In this document: positions 53,074 to 64,000 of the stretch, in pieces | How the letters are laid out: each line of letters begins with the position of its first letter | Position numbering within the stretch: the stretch's first letter is position 1 | Assembly (NCBI RefSeq): GCF_001194135.2 | Contig: NC_068995.1 | Coordinates: forward strand, 39,361,098 to 39,425,097 | Length of the DNA: 64,000 nt | Source: Octopus bimaculoides | Taxonomy: Eukaryota | Direction of reading: 5' to 3' | Notes under the pieces: generated by a model | Databases searched by the model: none | What the model was told of the DNA's origin: nothing | Seen by the model: only the letters and a program-made list of their open reading frames with translations | Position numbers and translations under genes: made by a program

Positions 53074-53473
53074 AGGCGTAGGCGTGACTGTATGGTAAGT
53101 AGCTTACGCAGCAACCACATGGTTCCGAGTTCAGTCTCACTGCGTGGCAACTTGGGCAAGAGTCTTCTACTATAGCCTCGGGCCGACCAAAGCCTTGTGA
53201 TGGGATTTGGTAGACGGAAACTGAAAGAAGCCTGTCGTATATATGTATATATGTATATATATGTATATATGTGTGTGTCTGTGTTTGTTCCACCAACATC
53301 GCTTGACAACCGATGCTGGTGTGTTTACGTCCCCGTAACTTAGCGATTCGGCAAAAGACCCGATAGAATAAGTACTAGGCTTACAAAGAGTAAGTCCTGA
53401 GGTCGATTTGCTCGACTAAAGGCGGTGCTCCAGCGTGGCCACGGTCAAATGACTGAAACAAGTAAAAGAGTAA
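53074..53473 (+). mobile_element. SINE family A (tRNA-derived), full length with internal (TA/TG)n tract
   Basis: A-box-like TGACTGTATGG and B-box-like GAGTTCAGTCTC head, internal microsatellite ~53239-53277, tail GACTGAAACAAGTAAAAGAG; many homologous copies in the window. Confidence 0.85.
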
Positions 53474-53617
53474 ATACGTACTCTACGAAAATAGTTTTGA
53501 ATTATTCTTTAGCTTAATCTTAAATATTTTCATTAATGTGTGTGTGTGTCTATGCGTATCTGTGTATGTGTGTATGCTTGGTTACATAGTTGTGTGTATA
53601 TGTTTGTGTGTGTGTAA

Positions 53618-53648
<31 letters not shown>

Positions 53649-55429
53649 TGTGTGCATATGTGTGTGCATGTGCGTGTGTGTGTTGATATTGTAGGAGTTT
53701 GAGTTCTTATGTGAGCATGCATATTTTTTTATACATTCTTAAGAAATGGATGTAGTTAACATGTACATTTATACGTGAGTATATCATTGTATGTGTGTGT
53801 GTGTGTGTGTTTGCGTATGATTGCTTTATAGATGATTGCGTTTATAGATGTAGGTCGCACTGGGTGGTTAGACTTAGTTACGAGTTTCTCATGTATTTAC
53901 TGTACAAGTTCAATAGCTGCGAGGAATTAAACTGTTTAGCTTTCTTCTCTTCAGACATGGTAATGACAGCAAAGATAATTAATCAAATCCTCGAAAAGGC
54001 CACTAGGTATATATAAAACATTCAAGGAGTCAAGTAGAGTTAGATGATGTGTTTATTAAATGTTTTCTCAGATGCTATGCTTTTTTTTTAATTTACCTTT
54101 ATTTTTAATGTTTTGTCAGTCTCTATGCCTTTTTAATTAGATTTTTCTTTCCATGGGCATTTGTATTTGAAAATTATAAAGAAAACTTTCACTGTTTTTT
54201 AAGAGTGCAATTTTAGTATTATTATACTTAATGTTTGTATTTCCAGTAAAATAGTTATTTCCCGTTTATATTGTGTTGTTCTGGCGCTCCATCGACTAAA
54301 TTGCGCACATATATATTCGAACATATTTTAAAGAGTATAAATATTATGCACAACTCCTGTTTTATTTACGTCTCTTCACATATAGTTTTCTTGTTCGTTT
54401 GAGGTATGCAATACTGACGAATGTTGCAAGGAATTAGTTCTTTTAAAGGATTGCCCACCCGGAATTGTAATTAAATTCGGAGGAACTCCTAGGTTAATTT
54501 TTTTCTTTGCTTTTTTTGCTTTATTTTTTTTTTTGTATTTTGTTACAATTGAATTTTCCAAGTCTACGACAATGTCCCAGGGTCTCTATAAAAGTAACGT
54601 ACTAGTAATGATGATGAATATGACGGTGAATATGTTGATGATGTTGATGGTGATGATGATGTGAAGATTAACTATTAAAGGATTACAAGAAGAATGGGGA
54701 CTGTACAGGATGATACAATAGAATATTATATGATGTGCTATGATGTGGAGATACATAAGAGGCGTATAAATTGTAAAATAACAAAAAGGAAGGAAACATG
54801 TTCGAGCAATAAAGGCATACAATCTGGATCCGTTTCGATCAATTGTTCTATCCCTTCATCGAGCCAATTTTGTTCGGCATGCCCATCTGAAGAATAGCGA
54901 TGAAAAATGCTGCAGGCTGCACTAGGTGAGAAGGTGATCAATGACAATGATGGGACCCCCCACCCAGGAGTACAAAATTAGTACACCAGGAAACATCGGA
55001 TGAAGTTGTTGAAAAATACTGGAATTGGTTAAAACATGTTTTCTTTTCTTTGTGCAAAAAAGGTGTCAGAAGGACTAATTCCTGCTGCTCAAGAACAAAC
55101 TTAACGAACAAAATCAATCAGAAGTAGTACTGGTAAGACAGCAGTATCACATTTGTGTAGATTATGCCAAAAGTCATCTGAGACGTGTAATTAATTAATT
55201 AGTTGATGCTCAAAACTGACGCAATTGGAGTACAAAAACCACATGACAATGTGGCAGTGCGAATACGTTAGGTGTTGTGCAGGGGGTATGGGCTAGAATG
55301 GTCCAATAAGGGGTAGGAGCACCAACCATTTCTTGTAGCAGAGAAAGATTAGATGAAACTAATATGAGATATGCCAATCTACAGAGATAAGAATATATCA
55401 CTCTCCTATGGAAGTGCTCTTCAAAATAG

Positions 55430-55770
55430 ACCTTCACCGAGTAGCTATACCTGAGACGAATTTTCTGAAGACAGTGGATGAGAAAATTGGGAAATATCAA
55501 AACCTAGTTTTGGAAGGGAAACGTATCCTCAGGGCCTGAGATGTCAGTGTGGTACCTATTGTGATCGGTACATTTGGGATCATCTCAAAGAATGCAACAT
55601 TCAGGAACCAAAAGTTGCAAATACCAAACTTCATACGATGTATTCATTTGACAGGGATAACTGGAGCAGCGCATGTGTGAAGGAAAGTGTTGTCACTCCA
55701 ATCTGCGGGATACTGATGAATCGTGAGATAATAGCTCAGGAGACTATAAGAAAATAATGATAATAATAAT
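55430..55770 (+). mobile_element. Dong/R4-like non-LTR retrotransposon 3' end (RLE domain) ending in an (AAT)n tract
   Basis: VAIPETNFLKTVDEKIGKYQNLVLE..VSVVPIVIGTFGIISKN..TGAAHV*RKVLS matches the EK..KY..L, VPIVIGALG and GTAHILRK RLE motifs; followed by aataatgataataataat. Confidence 0.7.
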
Positions 55771-55984
55771 CCTTTCTGATATAGGCACAAGGCTTGAAAT
55801 TTTGAGGGAGGGAACTAGTCGATTACTTCGACCATAAAGTTTCACTGGTACTTAATTTATTGACCTGAAAAGATGAAAGGCAAAGCCGAAGTCGGCGGAA
55901 TTTGAACACAGAATGTAGCGGCATACGAAATACCGCTAAGCATTTCGCTCGACGTGCTAACGATTCTGCCAGCTCACTGCCTTC
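55770..55984 (-). mobile_element. SINE family B copy between (AAT)n and (TAG)n tracts
   Basis: TAGGCACAAGG..GATTCTGCCAGCTCACTGCCTT. Confidence 0.85.
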
Positions 55985-55989
55985 AATAA

Positions 55990-56037
<48 letters not shown>

Positions 56038-56795
56038 CTTCTGTTTCAGGCACAAGGCAAGTAGATTTGATAGGGGTAATTTAATGCCGTGCAGTCTAGT
56101 TCTTGGCCGCTTCTTTATGTTATTGACTACAAAATGAATAACAGCGAAGACAAAGATTTTAGTATGTAAGTCGTGGAAATAATATCACGAGGCTTGAAGC
56201 TCAACGCTCAATCGACACTTCGCTTCAGAAGTACTCATCTCAATACTTGATTGTTTATTAAATTTGTCAATGTCGGAGGGATGAAATCTCAAACCAAAAT
56301 TTGATATCGGCGTAAATTGAAATCAGAACGTTAAAAGCCGAAGAAAATCTTCCAAAGTACATATTTTTGTCCTAGGCTTAACGATTCTGCATGTACACCA
56401 CGATTGCTAACACCATTTTAACAGATAATATTTAGAGGGAAGATTTTCTTAAGCGATGTATTTACATTCTATGCTATTCCTTTCGAACCAGAATATTTTG
56501 GCATGGAAGACGTGAACTGAATATGTAATCCGTGTGTGTGAAGTGAACGTTACTGGAGAACGTGATTCATGTATAAATACATGAATGAATGACATGGATT
56601 TTCCTTTAAGGTAGTTATGAGTCATTTTAGCTTCCTTTGACATATCACAGAGGCTGTCGTATATGTATGTCTTCTTTTAAGTGTCGTGGACTTAATGGTT
56701 GTAATACTTCTTTTTCTAAATTTTTTCTTCGCATGTTGATCTTGCGTAAACTACGCGTAAACTACAACGGATATGCATGTTTCTGTCAGTCATTG

Positions 56796-56832
<37 letters not shown>

Positions 56833-57598
56833 NNNNNNNNNNNNNNNNNNNNNNNNNNNNNNNNNNNNNNNNNNNNNNNNNNNNNNNNNNNNNNNNNNNN
56901 NNNNNNNNNNNNNNNNNNNNNNNNNNNNNNNNNNNNNNNNNNNNNNNNNNNNNNNNNNNNNNNNNNNNNNNNNNNNNNNNNNNNNNNNNNNNNNNNNNNN
57001 NNNNNNNNNNNNNNNNNNNNNNNNNNNNNNNNNNNNNNNNNNNNNNNNNNNNNNNNNNNNNNNNNNNNNNNNNNNNNNNNNNNNNNNNNNNNNNNNNNNN
57101 NNNNNNNNNNNNNNNNNNNNNNNNNNNNNNNNNNNNNNNNNNNNNNNNNNNNNNNNNNNNNNNNNNNNNNNNNNNNNNNNNNNNNNNNNNNNNNNNNNNN
57201 NNNNNNNNNNNNNNNNNNNNNNNNNNNNNNNNNNNNNNNNNNNNNNNNNNNNNNNNNNNNNNNNNNNNNNNNNNNNNNNNNNNNNNNNNNNNNNNNNNNN
57301 NNNNNNNNNNNNNNNNNNNNNNNNNNNNNNNNNNNNNNNNNNNNNNNATATATACACACTTATGTTTGTATGTCTGCATATTCGTGTGTATGTGTGTCTG
57401 AACGTTCATGTGTGCGCGTGTGTACGTGTATATGGATGGTCTTCCTTACTTAAATGTATTTCTATGACATCAAATTATGCATGAACATCAGATGTCAACA
57501 GTCGAAGATTCACAACAAAAAAATAAATTTCTTTCACGTGAGAAAGATTGAACTCTTTTCAATACTATATATTAAAGAAAGAGAAATTGCTTTCAGTT

Positions 57599-57630
<32 letters not shown>

Positions 57631-58974
57631 TACGCATATATATATATATATATATGCGCATAGAATTTAAGAACACGCTTACGTGTATGTATGTGCATGA
57701 GTATATGATTTTCTGTGTGTGCTTATGTATAGCGATATACAATCATAAATGTAAAATGCCAAGCATTTCTGCATGCAGATGTATAGACAAAAGGCGCGTG
57801 AACTAAGTGGACCGTTTAAATGCATATCCGAATTACCTCAGCATAGATCAGTAGCTAACATTTTATTTATTTATGTTAAGCATAAGAGAAACCGTTTTTG
57901 CTCACCTTAGCGCAATCAAACGAAAATCACAGCCCCCACGTACTTTGTGCTGTTCACACTGGTTGCATAATGCGTTTTCACTACATTGATTTCACATTTT
58001 TACTCGTGGCTAACATTGATAACGATGCCACATTACCGATACCAACAATGCTATCAGCTCCAGTATTACAACCAAATCTACGAGCTAAGTCTGTAAACAT
58101 TTTTCTTCATTCTACTAAATCTGTTAATTTATATTAAGATCTATTCTGGCGTTTTTAAAAAATTCCTGTGACACTCTTCTTGGCTATATGAAGTGCTTTA
58201 AAAACTGCTGGTACGAAATTGTTGTCTTATGTAAAAAAAAAAAAAAATCATTATTCTGACTCAATTTTCTAAATTCATCTAGGGCCAAACAGAAGCTATC
58301 ATAAACGAGAGCAATAAAAATAAACACAGACCACCACCATCATTATCATTACCCGCATCTCATTTATCTCGAAATGAAATTGATTCAACAAAGAAGACAG
58401 CTTAAAACCATTTAAAATTTTTACACTATCAATAAATAACGAGCTATTTTCGTCAAGNNNNNNNNNNNNNNNNNNNNNNNNNNNNNNNNNNNNNNNNNNN
58501 NNNNNNNNNNNNNNNNNNNNNNNNNNNNNNNNNNNNNNNNNNNNNNNNNNNNNNNNNNNNNNNNNNNNNNNNNNNNNNNNNNNNNNNNNNNNNNNNNNNN
58601 NNNNNNNNNNNNNNNNNNNNNNNNNNNNNNNNNNNNNNNNNNNNNNNNNNNNNNNNNNNNNNNNNNNNNNNNNNNNNNNNNNNNNNNNNNNNNNNNNNNN
58701 NNNNNNNNNNNNNNNNNNNNNNNNNNNNNNNNNNNNNNNNNNNNNNNNNNNNNNNNNNNNNNNNNNNNNNNNNNNNNNNNNNNNNNNNNNNNNNNNNNNN
58801 NNNNNNNNNNNNNNNNNNNNNNNNNNNNNNNNNNNNNNNNNNNNNNNNNNNNNNNNNNNNNNNNNNNNNNNNNNNNNNNNNNNNNNNNNNNNNNNNNNNN
58901 NNNNNNNNNNNNNNNNNNNNNNNNNNNNNNNNNNNNNNNNNNNNNNNNNTATATATATATATATATATATATGT

Positions 58975-59196
58975 GGGGGGGAGTGTTTGTGTGTCTGTGT
59001 TTGTCCCCCCAACATCGCTTGACAAGCGATGGTGGCGTGTTTGCGTCCTCGTAACTTAGCTGTTCGGCAAAAGAACCGATCGAATAAGTACTAGGCTTAC
59101 AAAGAAGAAGTCCTGGGGTCGATTTGCTCGACTGACGGTGGTGCTCCAGCATGGCCGCAGTCAAATGACGGAAACAAGTAAAAGAGTAAAAGAGTG
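58975..59196 (+). mobile_element. SINE family A 3' half
   Basis: Near-identical to 53275-53473; follows gap 58458-58950. Confidence 0.85.
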
Positions 59197-62100
59197 AAAT
59201 AACATCAATTTTGAAATTTTATCCGAAGCATGAAGAAATCAAATATTGGGATACTTGTAAATGGAAACGTTCTGTGGGAAGTTTCAAATCATTATATTTA
59301 AAAGAATTATGGTATCACATGCTAACGTACCAAATTGCTCTGTCATAATATGGACAAATCTCTTCGATGCAAAAGAACCGATTCTATTAGATCAACACCG
59401 GATGAATAACATTTGCAAATTCGTTCATTTCATGTCTGCAAGCAACCAACATCATTCTTAATGCAATTAAAGAATTTAATTCATGCGGAGAAATATGGAC
59501 TGTGACCAGCATGAAACAAATAGGAATTCGCTGCCCCTTACCCTATTTTTAGTACTTTGACCTGAGTTGATTGCTGGGGCTACTGAACTATCAATAATGC
59601 ACCGAGAGCATTATTGACGTTGATATCAGCAGCTTATTAATACATAATGCCACTTGTCATATGCTGGATTATAGCAACAGTGTTGGCAAGTGTTCAACAT
59701 GCAAATGACATAGATGATCTGTTTCCTTTCCCAAGCTGCGAGTGCCTCTCAATTGAACAACTTTTATATGTTGAGGAATTTATCAAGTGAATTTTCTACA
59801 CTCACCTCATAGTTAGGTAGCAAATTGAGAAATGTGTTTGAACGTAGGAGAAAATAATTTACGGCATGTGTTCCTCAGTCACAAAGGAATAATCCAGGGC
59901 AGTAGACTGAAGAAATTGTTAAAATTTCGGATGAGATATCGTACGATATTTGATCCCGGTTTTTTAGCTCTGAGTCTTTGGCAGATAGACATAACACACT
60001 GCCTAATTGAACACCAGTACCTGAAGATTGAGAGCCTTCAACTTGAGAGCGTTCTTCAAGATTGAGAGCGTTCACACAATTGCAATGATTCGGCCCAAGT
60101 GTCCTGTTTGTGGATAATTTACTTTCTTCTTTCAACCAGTTACAGTAGACTTGAAAACTTAACAGGTCATATGATCTTCCATCCCTTCCTGGTGTAAAAA
60201 TGCAAGAATATGTAATACAGTGAACCAAGAAGTTTCGCTAATGCATTTACACATCTAATTGGTGAAAAAATATTACATTAATCAATTCTGATTAACAAAG
60301 TACCAATAGAGATAACCACCAACATTTTAATAGAAATTTATTGAAATTTGAATATAGGAGAAAGATGGATTTTGGCAAAATAGGTTATCTTATCCATTTT
60401 ATAAAGACAAGAAACATTCAAAAATATAATTTTTGCTACGCCGTTGTTAAAACAAAATGTGGAAATTTTATCATGGGTTCCTTCACTCAGATCTGACTCG
60501 GAGCTAAATATCAAGTAGAACAAAAGAAGAACACTATCAACTGCTATTAATATTGATTCTTTCAAGAATCGCAAGGAACCAGTTTTGAAAAGTTTACGTG
60601 GAATAAAACCGAATAAAATATATATACAATATATGGAAACAGCTCTACACAGGCGAATGTAAACTTCCTTCTTAGTCAGGTAATCATAAATGCATATTTC
60701 TAAATAAAATTGGAAAAGTCTTTCTTGGAAAAAATATGCAATGGCAAGGTAATGCTGAAAATAAGCCTGATTCGAGCAATATTCTTAATTTTTTCTCAGG
60801 TCATTATGCCCCCAGGCAAGATTCCCAAACCGGGTCAAGTGAGACTGTAGATATTATATAACCGTCTTTTTGTTGATCTGCCCCTAGTATTCTTAACTGT
60901 TGGCTTGGCTTGGTTTGAAGAATGTCTTGAGATTCAGTCCTGTGACTTTCTAATTGTATGTATCTAGTACCCCAACGGTTACCTCTCAATGCTGAGAAGT
61001 AGGATATTCTATTATAATTTTAGGAGGCACAAAATAAAAAAGGATTTATGTATATGTTAGAACAACGCATGAATTGTATACTACAATTGGTTTTGCGCAT
61101 ATATGACGTACATGAGAGACTGATAGAGAGAGAGGAAAACAAGATGAGAGACAGGGAGAGTGTATTACTATACTTACGTAAATAAATATTTAATTACCTT
61201 AATGGAGTAAAGGTAATTATATATTTATTTTCGTAGGCAAATTAAACTCGTTGACTTCATTCCTAAACCTTACTACACACATACACGTTCATTGTGTGTG
61301 TACAGTTATTGTATGTATGTATGTATATATGTATGTATATACGTATCCATATATATACACAAACACGCACACACACATGCACATGCACACACACACACAT
61401 ACACACACACAATACATATATATAGTGTTAAGACTTTTTAAGTAAGCATATATTGATTCTTTTTCTGAAGAACAAATTTAATGCATAAAATCTCTTGTTA
61501 TATTGTGAATGAAGCCTATCAAAGCGGTGAATTGAGGACATTGGGAGTCACATGCTTCATTTTGGTGCAATCGATTTCTTAACTTCCTGATCATTCCTGC
61601 ATTGAAAATGTTGACTCTAACTTAAAAATATATAACGCTTATATTCAGAGTAAATATAGTTTGGTGGATTTATTCCACCCTCTTCTTGGCGACAAATGGG
61701 TAAAGTGAAGTGAACACGATTTAACAAGCTAATGACATTGATTAGTGAAAAGAGCCTTATAAGGCACCTACATCTAACAGTTACAAAACGAACTATTGAG
61801 CCCTGTTCTACTTAAATCGTCCGACTTCATATATATATATCAACTAAATCTCCTTTAAATTAAACTTAATGTTAGCCTGTGGGGACGCCGTAGTAAAATG
61901 TACTTCACAAGATTGTTACTTCAAATTGAGGGTTTAAAAGGAGCCAATATGTTATCTTCTACATCGGTGTTCGATTTAGAAATAGCAAACAAATCACATT
62001 TAAATTATACCGAGTTTTAGCCTGTTAGGCCCTTTATTGTACGTTCGATTTCTGAACCGGATGGCACATTGTGTCCCTGTGTAAAGCACTTCACTTCATG

Positions 62101-62932
62101 TTGCATTAGCTTTTTAGCGGATGAAGAATTACATCTGCTGCAGAACGGTGCCCCGCAGACTCCAGCAGAAGCAAAATATCGACGGCCTTATGTGGTTATG
62201 AGCTCATTGAACGATGAATGTAATGCGTTCGTTGCCATAAGATATTTTAACGCCTACCAACCGACATTTCTTTTGTAAAAAATGATCTGACAGCCAAATG
62301 TTCTAGTCTCCCACTTAATGTCTATATACTTCATATCATTGCATGGAATTCAATGGTGAACTTGGACGTAATCCAAATATGCGTTGTCAATAATTGATCC
62401 ACATAGAAAATTTTTCAGTAACTTGTGTAAGATTATCAAAGTAGGTAAAATATGTCAGGATGCTCCGACTTAGGTTTGGTTTATATACATGCATACACGC
62501 AAAATCAAGCTCACACACATATACATACAAACACACACATTGGTATATGTATGNNNNNNNNNNNNNNNNNNNNNNNNNNNNNNNNNNNNNNNNNNNNNNN
62601 NNNNNNNNNNNNNNNNNNNNNNNNNNNNNNNNNNNNNNNNNNNNNNNNNNNNNNNNNNNNNNNNNNNNNNNNNNNNNNNNNNNNNNNNNNNNNNNNNNNN
62701 NNNNNNNNNNNNNNNNNNNNNNNNNNNNNNNNNNNNNNNNNNNNNNNNNNNNNNNNNNNNNNNNNNNNNNNNNNNNNNNNNNNNNNNNNNNNNNNNNNNN
62801 NNNNNNNNNNNNNNNNNNNNNNNNNNNNNNNNNNNNNNNNNNNNNNNNNNNNNNNNNNNNNNNNNNNNNNNNNNNNNNNNNNNNNNNNNNNNNNNNNNNN
62901 NNNNTATATACATGCACATATAGAATAAAATA

Positions 62933-64000
62933 TCAGGTCATCCCATAAGTTCTGTCCGATTTTACCTTTTTTTTTAATTGAATGGAATTTAATAGTATTT
63001 TAGAATGTCTAATGCAATTTAAAATTATTCTTATGCATTTGTGTACATTTAAACTAATTAAATATCACAGAATAATAGAATTAAAATTTCTTTGATTAAA
63101 ACCCTTTCTAACATTGAAGTATCCGAAGAGAATTTGAGGCACATAATATAGAAAAAGTGCATAAGTAGAAAAAAGGAAACTCTGCAGGCGAAGCGACTAG
63201 CAACATATATCCAGTTTATCGGAAAGAATGCTTGAATGAAAGAACTTGCAGGTTATGGTTTACAAAATTCAGAAATGGAGATTTCAGCTTTGAAGATGAA
63301 GATCGAACAGGACGTCCAGTTGAGTTTGATGATAAACTCCTTGAGACATTCCTTGAAGAAAATCCTGCGTTATCAGTTGAAGAATTGGCAATAAAGCTTA
63401 GTTCAAACCATACAACTATTTATCATCATCTTGAACAACTTGGAAAGGTTCCTAAACTTGGAAAATGGGTGCCTCATGAATTGTCCGAAAGCAACCGCAA
63501 ATCCCGAGTTGACATCTGCTCTTCTCTCCATTCTCGGGAAATCATTTCACCCCTTTTCGATAGACCTGTGACTGATTGCGGAAAATGGATTTTCTATCGA
63601 AATGTTAAACCTCGTAAACAGTGGCTTGGTAAAAGGGAAAAAGCTCAACCAAGCCCGAGAAGGGAACTTCATGGCAAAACGATTCTTTTCTCCATTTGGT
63701 GGGATTGCAAAGGAGTAATTCACTTTGAATTGTTACCACCTAATTCAACAATCAATGCTGAAGTCTACTGTCTGCAATTAAAGCTTTTGAACCAAGCTAT
63801 GAAGAAAAAAAGACTCGCTTTAGTGAATCGAAAAGGAGTGATGTTTCATCAGGACAATGCGCGACCCTATATTGCAAAGATCACATGACAAAAGATCGAA
63901 GAGCTTGGTTGGGAAAAAATTCCTCATTCACCATATTCTCCCGACCTTCCTCCTTCAGACTAGTTTACAGAATCATTTGGGAGACATAACTTTCGGAAGC
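62933..64000 (+). mobile_element. Mariner (DD34D) transposon with transposase pseudogene, truncated by the window end
   Basis: TA followed by probable TIR TCAGGTCATCCCATAAGTTC at 62933; ORF 63232-63888 has WVPHEL and HQDNA, then PYSPDL after a stop. First catalytic motif reads VTDCGKW (normally TGDEKW); N-terminus frameshifted; stops present. Confidence 0.93.

Noticed and set aside
54376-54561. LITIPGG resembling the VGLUT TQIPGG motif
   Set aside because: Flanking residues (FFWGY, YLA) are missing and there are no suitable splice sites.
57906-58091. Minus-strand segment ending in a strong AAG|GTGAG donor as a VGLUT 5' exon
   Set aside because: The phase-compatible frame has upstream stops, no Met and no SLC17 similarity.
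59647-59790. 47-aa small ORF with a signal-peptide-like start (MPLVICWIIATVLASVQHA..)
   Set aside because: Length expected by chance, with no promoter, splice or homology support; may be part of an old TE.

Overview
AT-rich, microsatellite-dense eukaryotic DNA from a gapped draft assembly (14 N-runs, most flanked by dinucleotide repeats). The repeat families suggest an octopus genome; this is an inference from SINE content, not proven. The only real gene is a vesicular glutamate transporter (VGLUT, SLC17A6/7/8 / eat-4 type) on the minus strand. I reconstructed seven internal coding exons with GT-AG sites and compatible phases: 50863-50977, 45932-46019, 41357-41443, 39632-39762, 37575-37727, 18901-19033 and 3425-3535 (818 nt, about 272 aa). 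The 5' and 3' exons were not found and lie outside the window or in gaps. Nearly all ORF-track entries are microsatellite or N-gap artefacts. The introns hold at least three tRNA-derived SINE families, two mariner and one maT/Tc1-like relic, two MITEs, RTE and Dong/R4 LINE fragments, and Penelope-like remnants. Best leads: (1) type I hammerhead ribozyme motifs in the introns, two on the sense strand of the VGLUT pre-mRNA, one about 290 nt before a 3' splice site; (2) a genomic CAG (Gln) at a normally basic VGLUT position that A-to-I editing would convert to Arg; (3) dsRNA-forming elements, namely a 228-bp fold-back MITE and inverted SINEs around an exon block. None is a demonstrated new system; all are hypotheses from manual reading.
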